This document shows positions 21,326 through 38,222 of a stretch of DNA of 64,000 nucleotides, in pieces. The position numbers and the translations under genes are program-made. The notes beneath the pieces were generated by a model. It was not told the origin of the DNA. It worked only from the letters and a program-made list of their open reading frames with translations, and did not search any database. The DNA lies in the NCBI RefSeq assembly GCF_988243305.1, contig NZ_OZ547136.1, one strand, 5' to 3'. Position 1 is the first letter of the stretch, and each line of letters begins with the position of its first letter.

Positions 21326-21745
21326 AATATTTCAGTCAATTGTAATCACGGGGCGGGTTTGTGATGAGCGCGGATATGTCACGAAGTCGTGACAATATAA
21401 AGCAGAGTGAAGGATAAATTTTGTGAATAAAGTATCATTATTTAATGATTTTGTGAATGTTTTAATGTCTCAGATAATTTGTTTAAGCGTTATTTATATT
21501 TGTGGCTTATGAGTCAGCGTGAATTATATCTAATATTTTTTACGATATTTGGTTAAAAACGGCACTATTGTTATATTCCTCACGTTCCAGGAAATCAACG
21601 GATTTACTCATATTATGCAGCGGGATACTATCCATCGGCCTGCTGAAGTTGGATTAAAAATTCGAAAGTGCACACCTTATATTTCTCTATATACGTATTC
21701 CTTTTGGAAAGCGTAGGGTCTCTTTTATTTCAGGGAACGTAAATA

Positions 21746-23140
21746 ATGAAAAAATCGACATTATCTTTAGCCATCGGTTTATTATTGGCATGTAGTACCG
21801 GAATGGCAAAAACACAGCATTTAACGCTGGAACAACGCATGGCATTGCTGGAAGAACGCCTGGAAGCTGCAGAAATGCGGGCAGCAAAAGCAGAGAGCCA
21901 GGTTAAACAGCTGCAGACACAACAAGCCGCTGAGATCCGCGAAATTAAGGCTGCCCAGGGCAATACGCCGGTAAATGGACAGGCAACGGCGGAATCTGCA
22001 AAGAAAAATTCCACCTCACCTAATCTTTTGCTCTCAGGTTATGGCGATTTAAAAATCTACGGCGACGTAGAATTTAATATGGATGCGGAAAGTAATCATG
22101 GCCTGCTGGCAATGACCAACGCTGATGTGAATAGCGATCCCACTAATGAACAGTGGAATCTCAATGGTCGTATTCTGTTAGGTTTTGATGGTATGCGAAA
22201 ACTGGATAATGGTTATTTCGCCGGGTTCTCCGCACAACCGCTGGGGGACATGCACGGTTCAGTAAATATCGATGATGCGGTATTCTTCTTTGGCAAAGAA
22301 AACGACTGGAAGGTCAAAGTAGGCCGTTTTGAAGCCTACGATATGTTCCCGCTGAATCAGGATACCTTTGTTGAACATTCCGGTAATACTGCGAATGATC
22401 TTTATGACGATGGCAGCGGTTATATCTATATGATGAAAGAGGGCCGCGGGCGCTCTAACGCTGGCGGTAATTTCCTCGTCAGCAAAAAACTTGATAACTG
22501 GTATTTTGAATTAAACACGTTACTTGAAGACGGAACATCTTTATATAATGACGGTAATTATCATGGACGCGATATGGAGCGGCAGAAAAATGTTGCTTAT
22601 CTGCGTCCAGTAATTGCCTGGTCGCCGACGGAAGAATTCACCGTTTCCGCAGCGATGGAAGCGAACGTAGTAAATAATGCTTATGGTTATACCGATAGCA
22701 AGGGTAATTTTGTCGATCAGTCCGATCGTACCGGCTATGGTATGAGCATGACCTGGAATGGCCTGAAAACGGATCCGGAAAATGGCGTCGTGGTTAATCT
22801 TAATACCGCCTATTTAGATGCTAATAATGAGAAAGATTTCACTGCCGGGATTAACGCGCTGTGGAAACGTTTCGAGCTGGGTTATATCTACGCGCACAAT
22901 AAGATTGATGAATTCAGCGGTGTAGTTTGTGATAACGACTGCTGGATTGATGATGAAGGGACGTACACCATTCACACCATTCATGCGTCTTATCAGTTCG
23001 CTAATGTGATGGATATGGAGAACTTTAATATTTACCTCGGGACGTATTACTCCATTCTGGATAGCGACGGTGATAAAAAACACGGTGATGATACTGATGA
23101 CCGTTACGGCGCACGTGTTCGCTTTAAATACTTCTTCTGA
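21746..23140 (+). CDS. Outer-membrane porin-like protein (signal peptide, coiled-coil N-domain, beta-barrel ending in Phe)
   Basis: N-terminal signal sequence MKKSTLSLAIGLLLACSTG; heptad-rich segment; alternating aromatic/polar pattern; C-terminal RFKYFF. Confidence 0.6.
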   Translation: MKKSTLSLAIGLLLACSTGMAKTQHLTLEQRMALLEERLEAAEMRAAKAESQVKQLQTQQAAEIREIKAAQGNTPVNGQATAESAKKNSTSPNLLLSGYGDLKIYGDVEFNMDAESNHGLLAMTNADVNSDPTNEQWNLNGRILLGFDGMRKLDNGYFAGFSAQPLGDMHGSVNIDDAVFFFGKENDWKVKVGRFEAYDMFPLNQDTFVEHSGNTANDLYDDGSGYIYMMKEGRGRSNAGGNFLVSKKLDNWYFELNTLLEDGTSLYNDGNYHGRDMERQKNVAYLRPVIAWSPTEEFTVSAAMEANVVNNAYGYTDSKGNFVDQSDRTGYGMSMTWNGLKTDPENGVVVNLNTAYLDANNEKDFTAGINALWKRFELGYIYAHNKIDEFSGVVCDNDCWIDDEGTYTIHTIHASYQFANVMDMENFNIYLGTYYSILDSDGDKKHGDDTDDRYGARVRFKYFF

Positions 23141-23180
23141 TGAAGGCGCGGTGCTGGATATTTTCCGGCACCGCAACTCA

Positions 23181-23495
23181 TTAAGGCAGGTAAAACACTT
23201 CTTGCAGCTCGCTACTGACTGGGCTGTTATCCGGGTTAGCTGGCATAACGTCGGTCATATATTTCCACCAACGTTGGCAAACATCAGTACTGGCTACCGT
23301 ATTCCACCGTTCTTCAGATTCAATCTCTACCGTGGCAAACAGCAGATTACGCGCTTTGTCGAGGTAAATGGCGTAGTTATGCGTACCGTGAGATTTCAAC
23401 ACTGCTTCCAGTTCCGGCCAGATTGGATTATGCCGACGCTGATACTCTTCGTGGGCGTCGGGGTTAACCTGCATGACAAAGGCTTTGCGGATCAT
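23181..23495 (-). CDS. rhaM: L-rhamnose mutarotase
   Basis: 104 aa, [22 protein letters not shown]; synteny. Confidence 0.9.
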   Translation of the reverse strand: MIRKAFVMQVNPDAHEEYQRRHNPIWPELEAVLKSHGTHNYAIYLDKARNLLFATVEIESEERWNTVASTDVCQRWWKYMTDVMPANPDNSPVSSELQEVFYLP

Positions 23496-23504
23496 GTTTG
23501 CTCC

Positions 23505-24329
23505 TTACAGCGCCAGCGCACTGGCGAGTGGTGTAACGCCGAAACGCTGGCCGAGCGCTATCAGCTCTTCACGGCTGATGGTCTGTTTCATGCCGCCCAT
23601 CGAATAAACCTTCACTAATACTTGTGCTGATTTTTCTGCGGTGTCGATTAAACCGAATGTTTCATCCAGTGTCGGACCGCTGCCGAAGACGCCGTGGAAG
23701 GGCCACAACACCAGCGAATGTTTTTGCATCTCTTGTGCGGTCGCCTGGCCGATTTCGTCCGTGCCGGGCACCATCCACGGCAGAATGCCAACGCCATCCG
23801 GGAACACTACCAGACACTCGGTGCTGCCTTCCCACAGTTGGCGAGTGAAGACCGCGGTGTCGTTTTCCAGCACGTAGGTGAGAGCGATCAGGTTAGTGGC
23901 GTGGCAGTGCATGATCACCCGATCTTTGCCGTTGGTGGCTTTAATGCGCTCGCAGTGGGAGAGAAAGTGAGCCGGAAGTTCGGATGTCGGGACGGCTTCG
24001 TTGGTTAACCCCCAGAGAATATGGTAGCCCGCGCCGTCGCTGTCGACTTTTACGACGCCTAAGTTAGCCGCAGGATCAAGCTGGACGTTACGAAAGAATT
24101 TGCCGGAGCCGGTGACAATAAACGGTGTATTTGCCAGTAAAGGCATGGGCTGGCTGAGCGGGATATAGCGCGGTTGTGCATGAAAGTTGCCGTGATAAGG
24201 CGCGATATCGGCGTCATCCAGGCGCAGCGTCAGGTTACCACCATTGCGCTCGTCCCAGCCTTTCAGCCAGGCGTCGGTGGTGGCTTTGATCATTCCCTGG
24301 ACAAACCAGGACTGGGTAATGTTTTGCAT
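23505..24329 (-). CDS. rhaD: Rhamnulose-1-phosphate aldolase
   Basis: 274 aa from [16 protein letters not shown]-track start at 24419 is an upstream extension. Confidence 0.9.
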   Translation of the reverse strand: MQNITQSWFVQGMIKATTDAWLKGWDERNGGNLTLRLDDADIAPYHGNFHAQPRYIPLSQPMPLLANTPFIVTGSGKFFRNVQLDPAANLGVVKVDSDGAGYHILWGLTNEAVPTSELPAHFLSHCERIKATNGKDRVIMHCHATNLIALTYVLENDTAVFTRQLWEGSTECLVVFPDGVGILPWMVPGTDEIGQATAQEMQKHSLVLWPFHGVFGSGPTLDETFGLIDTAEKSAQVLVKVYSMGGMKQTISREELIALGQRFGVTPLASALAL

Positions 24330-24370
24330 GTTCTGTGTTCCTGTAAATTCGGTGTTGTCGGATGCACGAC

Positions 24371-24404
24371 CCGTAGGCCGGATAAGGCGCTCGCGCCGCA
24401 TCCG
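24371..24404. repeat. REP element between rhaA and rhaD
   Basis: gtaggccggataaggcgctcgcgccgcatccggc matches REP consensus. Confidence 0.55.
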
Positions 24405-24411
24405 GCAGTGT

Positions 24412-27424
<3,013 letters not shown>

Positions 27425-28261
27425 ATGACCGTATTACATAGTGTGGATTTTTTTCCGTCTGGTAACGCGTCCGTGGCGATAGAACCCCGGCTCCCGCAGG
27501 CGGATTTTCCTGAACATCATCATGATTTTCATGAAATTGTGATTGTCGAACATGGCACGGGTATTCATGTGTTTAATGGGCAGCCCTATACCATCACCGG
27601 TGGCACGGTCTGTTTCGTACGCGATCATGATCGGCATCTGTATGAACATACCGATAATCTGTGTCTGACCAATGTGCTGTATCGCTCGCCGGATCGATTT
27701 CAGTTTCTCGCCGGGCTGAATCAGTTGCTGCCACAAGAGCTGGATGGGCAGTATCCGTCTCACTGGCGCGTTAACCACAGCGTATTGCAGCAGGTGCGAC
27801 AGCTGGTTGCACAGATGGAACAGCAGGAAGGGGAAAATGATTTACCCTCGACCGCCAGTCGCGAGATCTTGTTTATGCAATTACTGCTCTTGCTGCGTAA
27901 AAGCAGTTTGCAGGAGAACCTGGAAAACAGCGCATCACGTCTCAACTTGCTTCTGGCCTGGCTGGAGGACCATTTTGCCGATGAGGTGAATTGGGATGCC
28001 GTGGCGGATCAATTTTCTCTTTCACTGCGTACGCTACATCGGCAGCTTAAGCAGCAAACGGGACTGACGCCTCAGCGTTACCTGAACCGCCTGCGACTGA
28101 TGAAAGCCCGACATCTGCTACGCCACAGCGAGGCCAGCGTTACTGACATCGCCTATCGCTGCGGATTCAGCGACAGTAACCACTTTTCGACGCTTTTTCG
28201 CCGAGAGTTTAACTGGTCACCGCGTGATATTCGTCAGGGACGGGATGGTTTTCTGCAATAA
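27425..28261 (+). CDS. rhaS: AraC-family activator RhaS
   Basis: 278 aa; C-terminal AraC HTH. Confidence 0.9.
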   Translation: MTVLHSVDFFPSGNASVAIEPRLPQADFPEHHHDFHEIVIVEHGTGIHVFNGQPYTITGGTVCFVRDHDRHLYEHTDNLCLTNVLYRSPDRFQFLAGLNQLLPQELDGQYPSHWRVNHSVLQQVRQLVAQMEQQEGENDLPSTASREILFMQLLLLLRKSSLQENLENSASRLNLLLAWLEDHFADEVNWDAVADQFSLSLRTLHRQLKQQTGLTPQRYLNRLRLMKARHLLRHSEASVTDIAYRCGFSDSNHFSTLFRREFNWSPRDIRQGRDGFLQ

Positions 28262-28334
28262 CGCGAATCTTCTCAACGTATTTGTACGCCATATTGCGAA
28301 TAATCAACTTCGTTCTCTGGCCGAGGTAGCCACG

Positions 28335-29183
28335 GTGGCGCATCAGTTAAAACTTCTCAAAGATGATTTTTTTGCCAGCGACCAGCAGGCAGTCGCTGTG
28401 GCTGACCGTTATCCGCAAGATGTCTTTGCCGAACATACACATGATTTTTGTGAGCTGGTGATTGTCTGGCGCGGTAATGGTCTGCATGTACTCAACGATC
28501 GCCCTTATCGCATTACCCGTGGCGATCTCTTTTACATTCATGCTGACGATAAACACTCCTACGCTTCCGTTAACGATCTGGTTTTGCAGAATATTATTTA
28601 TTGCCCGGAGCGGCTGAAGCTGAATCTTGACTGGCAGGGGGCGATTCCGGGATTTAGCGCCAGCGCAGGGCAACCACACTGGCGCTTAGGTAGCATGGGG
28701 ATGGCACAGGCGCGGCAGATTATCGGTCAGCTTGAACATGAAAGTAGTCAGCATGTGCCGTTTGCTAACGAAATGGCTGAGTTGCTGTTCGGGCAGTTGG
28801 TGATGTTGCTGAATCGCCATCGTTACACCAGTGATTCGTTGCCGCCAACATCCAGCGAAACGTTGCTGGATAAGCTGATTACCCGGCTGGCGGCCAGCCT
28901 GAAAAGTCCCTTTGCGCTGGATAACTTTTGTGATGAGGCATCGTGCAGTGAGCGCGTTTTGCGTCAGCAATTTCGCCAGCAGACTGGCATGACCATCAAT
29001 CAATATCTGCGGCAGGTCAGAGTGTGTCATGCGCAATATCTTCTCCAGCATAGCCGCCTGTTAATCAGTGATATTTCAACCGAATGTGGCTTTGAAGATA
29101 GTAACTATTTTTCGGTGGTGTTTACCCGGGAAACCGGGATGACGCCCAGCCAGTGGCGTCATCTCAATTCGCAGAAAGATTAA
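28335..29183 (+). CDS. rhaR: AraC-family activator RhaR
   Basis: GTG start giving MAHQLKLLK (282 aa); frame open from 28224. Confidence 0.85.
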   Translation: MAHQLKLLKDDFFASDQQAVAVADRYPQDVFAEHTHDFCELVIVWRGNGLHVLNDRPYRITRGDLFYIHADDKHSYASVNDLVLQNIIYCPERLKLNLDWQGAIPGFSASAGQPHWRLGSMGMAQARQIIGQLEHESSQHVPFANEMAELLFGQLVMLLNRHRYTSDSLPPTSSETLLDKLITRLAASLKSPFALDNFCDEASCSERVLRQQFRQQTGMTINQYLRQVRVCHAQYLLQHSRLLISDISTECGFEDSNYFSVVFTRETGMTPSQWRHLNSQKD

Positions 29184-30214
29184 TTCGCCATGCCCATGCC
29201 GACGATGTTGGCGGCAACAATAATCACCACACAACCGAGGCTCAACACCGTTACCGGACGGCGACCTGCATTGTTCCACTCTTTCAGCACCAACCCGACG
29301 ATACCGCCGCACAATACATAGAAGCTCATATGCAGCATCCAACTGATGTAGTCATACTGCGCCGGAATACGCGCGTGGCCCCAGGCATAGAAAAAGAATT
29401 GCAGATACCACATCAACCCGCCCAGTGCTGAGAGTAACACATTGTGAATGATCAGCGGTTTTGCCAGCGAGAAGTCGGCTTTTAGCGACAAATCCTTCAC
29501 TTTTGCCAGACGAATGAAGCAGAAACCGAGGTTGATGATCGCGCCGCCGCCCATGATGACAACATAGCTTGGCAGAGCGACATACAGTGGATCGACACCC
29601 AGTGCGGCAGCGGCTTCATGCATCGGTTTTGCGGCGTTCATCGCAAAGGACATCCCGGCAGAGAAAATGCCGCACATCACCGCCAGCACCAGCCCTTTTT
29701 TCAGGTTGAACTCTTCGGCTTTAATGCCCATTTTGCGCTCTTTCAACTGCCCGGCGCGAGTCACAATCCCTACACCAATCAGCGCCACCAGAACGCCGAG
29801 CAACGTCATGCGTCCGCCTTCGGTATTAATCAGAACATCGAAATTGCCGTTGATAATTGGCGTCATCAGCGTACCAACAATCAACGTGATACCAATGGCG
29901 ATACCAATCCCCATCGACATGCCGAGATAACGCATGGTCAGGCCGTAGTTGATATTACCAATCCCCCACATTGCGCCGAACAGAAAAACAGGCAGCAGCG
30001 TAGAGAGACTAAACGAGCTGTAATACGCCCAGAAATTCGGCAGTAACAGGGCGCTGATGGCCCACGGCAGAATAATCCACGAAACAATCCCACCGACTGA
30101 CCACATGGTTTCCCATGACCATTTTTTTACTTTTTTGAACGGAGCGTAAAAACAGGCTGCACTGGCCGCGCCGATCAAATGCCAAAATATCCCCATCGTA
30201 ATCGCGTTACTCAT
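29180..30214 (-). CDS. rhaT: L-rhamnose-proton symporter
   Basis: 344-aa hydrophobic ORF; synteny. Confidence 0.9.
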   Translation of the reverse strand: MSNAITMGIFWHLIGAASAACFYAPFKKVKKWSWETMWSVGGIVSWIILPWAISALLLPNFWAYYSSFSLSTLLPVFLFGAMWGIGNINYGLTMRYLGMSMGIGIAIGITLIVGTLMTPIINGNFDVLINTEGGRMTLLGVLVALIGVGIVTRAGQLKERKMGIKAEEFNLKKGLVLAVMCGIFSAGMSFAMNAAKPMHEAAAALGVDPLYVALPSYVVIMGGGAIINLGFCFIRLAKVKDLSLKADFSLAKPLIIHNVLLSALGGLMWYLQFFFYAWGHARIPAQYDYISWMLHMSFYVLCGGIVGLVLKEWNNAGRRPVTVLSLGCVVIIVAANIVGMGMAN

Positions 30215-30498
30215 CTTCTTATCCTCATCATTTTTCGTCGCGTCACATCTCCGACGAGATGAGTGTAAAAATCGTCCTGTCGATTAACCTTTCGCCTGTT
30301 GCCGCCGTTGTCGATTTACTGGCAATCACGGCATTAAGTGGGTGATTTGCTTCACATCTCGGGCATTTTCCTGCAAAACCATACCCTTACGAAAAGTACG
30401 GCATTGATAATCATTTTCAATATCATTTAATTAACTATAATGAACCAACTGCTTACGCGGCATTAACAATCGGCCGCCCGACAATACTGGAGATGAAT

Positions 30499-31119
30499 AT
30501 GAGCTATACCCTGCCATCCCTGCCGTATGCTTACGATGCCCTGGAACCGCACTTCGATAAGCAGACCATGGAAATCCACCACACCAAACACCATCAGACC
30601 TATGTCAACAACGCCAATGCGGCGCTGGAAAGCCTGCCAGAATTTGCCAACCTGCCGGTTGAAGAGCTGATCACCAAACTGGACCAGCTGCCAGCAGACA
30701 AGAAAACCGTACTGCGCAACAACGCTGGCGGTCACGCTAACCACAGCCTGTTCTGGAAAGGTCTGAAAAAAGGCACCACCCTGCAGGGTGACCTGAAAGC
30801 GGCTATCGAACGTGACTTCGGCTCCGTTGATAACTTCAAAGCAGAATTTGAAAAAGCGGCAGCTTCCCGCTTTGGTTCCGGCTGGGCATGGCTGGTGCTG
30901 AAAGGCGATAAACTGGCGGTGGTTTCTACTGCTAACCAGGACTCCCCGCTGATGGGTGAAGCTATTTCTGGCGCTTCCGGCTTCCCGATTCTGGGCCTGG
31001 ATGTGTGGGAACATGCTTACTACCTGAAATTCCAGAACCGCCGTCCTGACTACATCAAAGAGTTCTGGAACGTGGTGAACTGGGACGAAGCAGCGGCACG
31101 TTTCGCGGCGAAAAAATAA
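30499..31119 (+). CDS. sodA: Manganese superoxide dismutase
   Basis: [36 protein letters not shown]...DVWEHAYY. Confidence 0.95.
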   Translation: MSYTLPSLPYAYDALEPHFDKQTMEIHHTKHHQTYVNNANAALESLPEFANLPVEELITKLDQLPADKKTVLRNNAGGHANHSLFWKGLKKGTTLQGDLKAAIERDFGSVDNFKAEFEKAAASRFGSGWAWLVLKGDKLAVVSTANQDSPLMGEAISGASGFPILGLDVWEHAYYLKFQNRRPDYIKEFWNVVNWDEAAARFAAKK

Positions 31120-31164
31120 TCATTTGCCGCCTGCTGCAATGAGGCGTTTACGCCGCATATCAGC

Positions 31165-31200
31165 TTAAAAAATGAACCATCGCCAACGGCGGTGGTTTTT
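31165..31200 (+). terminator. sodA intrinsic terminator
   Basis: GC hairpin (ccatcgccaacggcggtgg) followed by TTTTTTT. Confidence 0.55.
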
Positions 31201-31378
31201 TTGTGATCAATTTCAAAATAAAAACAATGATCCGATAAAAATAAAACAGTGTTTCAATTGATGTGGTTTTGATCACTTTTATTGATTAAATGAATGTCTA
31301 TCTTCGTTTCCATCAACACTGATGCTCCATTGAGGAATTACGCATCAGCCCTTAAAAATATGCCGACAGGTGATGGAA

Positions 31379-32362
31379 ATGCAGATAAAACGCTCGATTG
31401 AGAAAATCCCGGGGGGGATGATGCTCGTCCCGCTATTCCTTGGCGCACTGTGCCACACCTTCTCGCCGGAGGCGGGGAAATATTTTGGATCATTCACCAA
31501 CGGGATGATTACCGGTACGGTGCCCATTCTGGCGGTGTGGTTTTTTTGCATGGGGGCGTCAATACAATTAAGCGCGACGGGAACGGTATTGCGTAAATCC
31601 GGTACGCTGGTGGTAACAAAAATTGCCGTCGCGTGGGTGGTTGCGGCAATTGCCTCGCGCATTATTCCGGAACATGGTGTTGAAGTTGGATTCTTTGCCG
31701 GACTTTCAACGCTGGCGCTGGTGGCGGCGATGGATATGACCAACGGCGGACTTTACGCTTCCATCATGCAGCAGTACGGCACAAAAGAAGAAGCTGGGGC
31801 ATTTGTGTTGATGTCATTGGAGTCCGGGCCGCTCATGACGATGATTATTCTGGGCACTGCCGGGATTGCCTCGTTTGAACCGCATGTTTTCGTCGGCGCA
31901 GTATTACCGTTCCTGGTGGGCTTTGCCCTTGGGAACCTTGACCCTGAATTACGAGAATTTTTCAGCAAAGCGGTGCAGACGCTGATTCCATTCTTTGCCT
32001 TCGCGCTGGGCAATACCATTGATTTGACTGTAATTGCCCAGACAGGTTTGCTGGGGATCCTGTTGGGTGTGGCAGTAATTATCGTGACCGGTATTCCGTT
32101 GATTATCGCCGATAAATTGATTGGCGGTGGCGATGGCACTGCCGGAATTGCCGCTTCCAGTTCCGCAGGGGCCGCGGTAGCGACACCTGTGCTGATTGCA
32201 GAAATGGTGCCTGCGTTTAAACCGATGGCTCCGGCAGCAACTTCGCTGGTCGCGACGGCGGTCATTGTGACTTCGATTCTGGTGCCAATTCTTACCTCTA
32301 TCTGGTCACGTAAAGTCAAAGCCAGAGCAGCGAAAATCGAAATTTTAGGTACGGTGAAATAA
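31379..32362 (+). CDS. kdgT: 2-keto-3-deoxygluconate permease
   Basis: 327 aa from [20 protein letters not shown]. Confidence 0.9.
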   Translation: MQIKRSIEKIPGGMMLVPLFLGALCHTFSPEAGKYFGSFTNGMITGTVPILAVWFFCMGASIQLSATGTVLRKSGTLVVTKIAVAWVVAAIASRIIPEHGVEVGFFAGLSTLALVAAMDMTNGGLYASIMQQYGTKEEAGAFVLMSLESGPLMTMIILGTAGIASFEPHVFVGAVLPFLVGFALGNLDPELREFFSKAVQTLIPFFAFALGNTIDLTVIAQTGLLGILLGVAVIIVTGIPLIIADKLIGGGDGTAGIAASSSAGAAVATPVLIAEMVPAFKPMAPAATSLVATAVIVTSILVPILTSIWSRKVKARAAKIEILGTVK

Positions 32363-32510
32363 ACCTGCTTCCTTAATCCCCACAGCCGGATGAACTAACG
32401 TTCGTCCGGTTTGCTATTGAGTTCCTGCCTGGATACTTACCGCGAAAACAGCACGCCTGACATAAAATAAATATGGTCTAATGGGGAAATTTCTCGTGGA
32501 GAGGGAACAG

Positions 32511-33185
32511 ATGCGATATCCGGTTGATGTATACACAGGCAAGATTCAGGCTTATCCCGAAGGCAAACCCAGCGCAATTGCTAAAATCCAGGTTGATGGT
32601 GAGTTGATGCTGACGGAGCTGGGGCTGGAAGGTGACGAGCAGGCGGAGAAAAAGGTTCACGGCGGGCCAGACAGAGCGCTGTGTCATTATCCTCGTGAGC
32701 ACTATCTCTACTGGGCGCGGGAATTTCCGGAACAGGCGGAGTTGTTTGTTGCGCCTGCGTTTGGCGAAAATCTCTCAACCGACGGTCTGACGGAAAGTAA
32801 TGTTTATATTGGCGATATTTTCCGCTGGGGAGAGGCATTAATTCAGGTCAGCCAGCCACGCTCACCTTGCTATAAACTCAATTACCATTTTGATATCAGC
32901 GATATAGCGCAGTTGATGCAAAACACGGGTAAAGTGGGGTGGTTGTATAGCGTGATTGCGCCAGGGTTGGTATCTGCTGATGCGCCGCTGGAGTTGGTTT
33001 CCCGTGTCAGTGATGTGACCGTGCAGGAGGCTGCCGCCATCGCATGGCATATGCCGTTTGATGACGAGCAGTATCACCGTTTACTCTCCGCCGCCGGGTT
33101 ATCGAAAAGCTGGACGCGGACGATGCAAAAGCGCCGACTGAGCGGCAAGATCGAAGATTTTTCCCGCCGGTTGTGGGGAAAATAA
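32511..33185 (+). CDS. yiiM: MOSC-domain protein YiiM
   Basis: 224 aa from MRYPVDVYTGKIQAY. Confidence 0.85.
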   Translation: MRYPVDVYTGKIQAYPEGKPSAIAKIQVDGELMLTELGLEGDEQAEKKVHGGPDRALCHYPREHYLYWAREFPEQAELFVAPAFGENLSTDGLTESNVYIGDIFRWGEALIQVSQPRSPCYKLNYHFDISDIAQLMQNTGKVGWLYSVIAPGLVSADAPLELVSRVSDVTVQEAAAIAWHMPFDDEQYHRLLSAAGLSKSWTRTMQKRRLSGKIEDFSRRLWGK

Positions 33186-33193
33186 TCCCCGGA

Positions 33194-33254
<61 letters not shown>

Positions 33255-33255
33255 G

Positions 33256-34481
<1,226 letters not shown>

Positions 34482-34538
34482 TGATAAGACGCTATCTGAA
34501 CTGCACCCCAAATGTTGGACATAATCTGACATCTGAAG

Positions 34539-35069
34539 GTGCAGTTTATGAAACATTCATTTGAAGTAAAACTTGCCGCTGTAAATCATTACCTGGCCGG
34601 TCATGCTGGCATCATTTCTACGGCAAAACTCTTTCAACTTTCTCACACCAGCCTCTCACACTGGATTAATCTTTTTCTTCTTCACGGTCCTCGGGCACTG
34701 GATTGCAGACACAGGCGTAGCTATTCTCCTGAAGATAAACTTTGCGTGGTTCTTTATGCTCTCGGGCATTCTGAGTCTCTACCCCGGGTAGCTGCCCGGT
34801 TTAACATTCCCAGCCACAACACGGTTAAAAACTGGATAAAAGGCTACCGCAAATCTGGTGATGAGGCCTTTATCAGGCGCAGGAAGGAGAAAAGCATGAC
34901 CCGTTCTGATGATACCCATGAAAACGAGGCAAACATGACGCCGGAAGAGATGAAGAATGAGCTGCGTTATCTTCGCGCAGAAAATGCATATCTGAAAGCC
35001 ATGCAGGAGCATCTCCTGGAAAAAAAGCGCCAGGAGCTGGAGAAAAAACGAAAGTCATCCGGAGCCTGA
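34539..35069 (+). CDS. IS3-family transposase OrfA (HTH + leucine zipper)
   Basis: 176-aa ORF; slippery A_AAA_AAG at ~35020-35026. Confidence 0.8.
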   Translation: MQFMKHSFEVKLAAVNHYLAGHAGIISTAKLFQLSHTSLSHWINLFLLHGPRALDCRHRRSYSPEDKLCVVLYALGHSESLPRVAARFNIPSHNTVKNWIKGYRKSGDEAFIRRRKEKSMTRSDDTHENEANMTPEEMKNELRYLRAENAYLKAMQEHLLEKKRQELEKKRKSSGA

Positions 35070-35173
35070 GATGCGGACACTGCCAGTCTGACCTGTTAAA
35101 GGCTGCAGGGCTGGCCAGAAGCACGCTGTACTACCAGCTGTCACTGCAGAAGGCTAAGGACAAGTATGCTGAT

Positions 35174-35928
<755 letters not shown>

Positions 35929-35957
35929 ATCAGCGTCGCATCAGGCATCCTGCTCAA

Positions 35958-35995
35958 ATGCCGGATGCGGCGTAAACGCCTTATCCTGCCTACAA
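35958..35995. repeat. REP element
   Basis: gccggatgcggcgtaaacgccttatcctgcctac. Confidence 0.55.
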
Positions 35996-36004
35996 ATGCG
36001 GAGT

Positions 36005-37378
36005 TTAACTCCGCTTATACAGCGGCAACCAAATCACCAGCCGTAAACCGCCCAGCGGGCTGTCTTCCGCTTTAACCCAGCCACGATGCTGCTGAATGGC
36101 GGTTTCAACAATCGCCAGCCCCAAACCTGTACCGCCAGATTCACGATCGCGTGCTTCATCGGTCCGATAGAACGGACGGAAAATCTGTTCGCGATCTTCC
36201 GGGCTAACGCCAGGACCATCGTCGTCCACCGTAATGGTGATACCGTCTTTATCTACCGCAAAGCCCACTTCAATCTTCGTATGGGAATAACGCAGAGCAT
36301 TACGAACAATGTTTTCCAGCGCACTTTCCAGGGCGTTCGGATTGCCGTACAGCGGCCACGGCCCAGGCGGGAAGTTAACCATCAACGACTTGCCCATCTG
36401 CTCGGCTTCGAACGCCGCGTTATCCAGCACTTCGCCCCACAACTGGTTAGCTTTCAATGTCTCGCTTACCAGCGCGTTTTTCTGCTGATTACGTGACATC
36501 ACCAACAGATCGTTAATCATGCTGTCCAGACGTTGCGCTTCGGTTTCAATACGCTCCAGTTCCTTGCTTTCACCGCTACGACGGCGCAGTAACGCCGTAC
36601 CCAGTTGCAGACGCGTCAGCGGGGTGCGCAGCTCGTGAGAGATATCAGAAAGTAGACGCTGCTGAGAGGTCATCATGCGCTCCAGCGCGGTGACCATCTG
36701 GTTAAAACTGGCACCTGCGGCAAGGAATTCCTGTGGCCCCGCTTCCAGTTCCGGGTGCTGGCGTAAGTTTCCCTGGGCAACTTCATCGGCAGCGTTTTTC
36801 AGCTTACGCGCCGGTTTTGCCAGACTCCAGGCCAACCACAACAGCAACGGCGTACTGACCAGCATGGTGACAATCAGCAGTAATAGCGGGCGGTCAAACA
36901 GTAAGTTAATGAAATCGGATTGAGAACTGCTGGCCGGACGAATCAGATAAAGTTGGTAATTATCTTCGCCATCACGCACGGAGAACGGACCGACCAGTTC
37001 CACGCGCCCATACTTTTTCTTCTGCGGATGATCGGCGTTATCGGCCTGACCAATAAAGTTACGAATGATCTGCATTTCGCTGCGTTCAGCGCCGATCACG
37101 CGGCCTTCGGTGGTCACCAATAACAAACGCTGTCCTGGCGGTGCCCACTTATCAATCGCCCGGAACAGACGCCGCCACCACATTAAATCATTGGGCGGAT
37201 CGTTCGCCAGCTCCGCTTCGACATGCTGCTCAATCATCAGACCCTGACGCTGTTCGCTATCCAGAAGCTCGGTCATCTGGCGTGAATCGAGCTTGGGTAA
37301 CATCAAAACCAACATCAACACCAGCGCCAGCGTCAGCCAGAAGATGGCGAAGATGCGCGCGGTTAAGCTGCCTATCAT
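36005..37378 (-). CDS. cpxA: Envelope-stress sensor histidine kinase CpxA
   Basis: 457 aa; HAMP, H-box SHELRTPLTR, ATPase motifs. Confidence 0.95.
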   Translation of the reverse strand: MIGSLTARIFAIFWLTLALVLMLVLMLPKLDSRQMTELLDSEQRQGLMIEQHVEAELANDPPNDLMWWRRLFRAIDKWAPPGQRLLLVTTEGRVIGAERSEMQIIRNFIGQADNADHPQKKKYGRVELVGPFSVRDGEDNYQLYLIRPASSSQSDFINLLFDRPLLLLIVTMLVSTPLLLWLAWSLAKPARKLKNAADEVAQGNLRQHPELEAGPQEFLAAGASFNQMVTALERMMTSQQRLLSDISHELRTPLTRLQLGTALLRRRSGESKELERIETEAQRLDSMINDLLVMSRNQQKNALVSETLKANQLWGEVLDNAAFEAEQMGKSLMVNFPPGPWPLYGNPNALESALENIVRNALRYSHTKIEVGFAVDKDGITITVDDDGPGVSPEDREQIFRPFYRTDEARDRESGGTGLGLAIVETAIQQHRGWVKAEDSPLGGLRLVIWLPLYKRS

Positions 37379-38073
37379 GAAGCAGAAACCATCAGATAGC
37401 CGCGACCACGCAAGGTTTTAAACCACGGGTGACCATCTTTACGATCCGGCAGTTTACGACGCAGGTTGGAAATGTGCATATCGATAGCGCGGTCGAAAGG
37501 CGTCAGACGTTTGCCCAGCACTTCCTGGCTTAAATGTTCACGGGAAACCACCTGACCCAGATGCTGTGCCAGCAAATAGAGCAGGGTAAACTCAGTACCG
37601 GTTAACTCCAGCGTTTGCCCGTCGAAGCTGGCTTCCTGACGGCCTGGATTCAGCACTAAGGCATCAACTTCCAGTGTCGGTGAACCGTTGTCGTTGTTTT
37701 GCTGTTGCTCGCTCCAGTGCGAACGGCGCAGGATCGCGCGAATACGTGCCACCAGCTCACGATCATTAAACGGTTTCGGGAGATAGTCATCTGCGCCCAG
37801 CTCAAGGCCGAGAACGCGATCAAGTTCACTGCCGCGCGCCGTCAACATAATGACAGGCGTCTGGTGTGTCTGGCGAAGTGCTTTTAATGTGTCGATACCA
37901 TTTTTCTTCGGCATCATTACATCAAGCAAAAGTAAATCAATGCTGTCGTCCAGAAGATCAAGCGCCTGTTCCCCATCGTGGGCAACAATCACATTGAAGC
38001 CTTCCATCTCGAGCAGCTCCTTTAATAGGGAAGTCAGCTCTCGGTCATCATCAACTAACAGGATTTTATTCAT
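37375..38073 (-). CDS. cpxR: Response regulator CpxR (OmpR family)
   Basis: 232 aa, MNKILLVDDDRELTSLLKELLEMEGF. Confidence 0.95.
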   Translation of the reverse strand: MNKILLVDDDRELTSLLKELLEMEGFNVIVAHDGEQALDLLDDSIDLLLLDVMMPKKNGIDTLKALRQTHQTPVIMLTARGSELDRVLGLELGADDYLPKPFNDRELVARIRAILRRSHWSEQQQNNDNGSPTLEVDALVLNPGRQEASFDGQTLELTGTEFTLLYLLAQHLGQVVSREHLSQEVLGKRLTPFDRAIDMHISNLRRKLPDRKDGHPWFKTLRGRGYLMVSAS

Positions 38074-38128
38074 TGTTTAAATACCTCCGAGGCAGAAATT
38101 ACGTCATCAGACGTCGCTAATCCATGAC

Positions 38129-38143
38129 TTTACGTTGTTTTAC
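38129..38143. promoter_or_regulatory. CpxR box (GTAAA-N5-GTAAA) in cpxR/cpxP divergent promoter region
   Basis: tttacgttgttttac = reverse complement GTAAAACAACGTAAA. Confidence 0.55.
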
Positions 38144-38222
38144 ACCCCCTGACGCATGTTTGCAGCCTGAATCGTAAACTCTCTATCGTTGAATCGCGAC
38201 AGAAAGATTTTGGGAGCAAATG

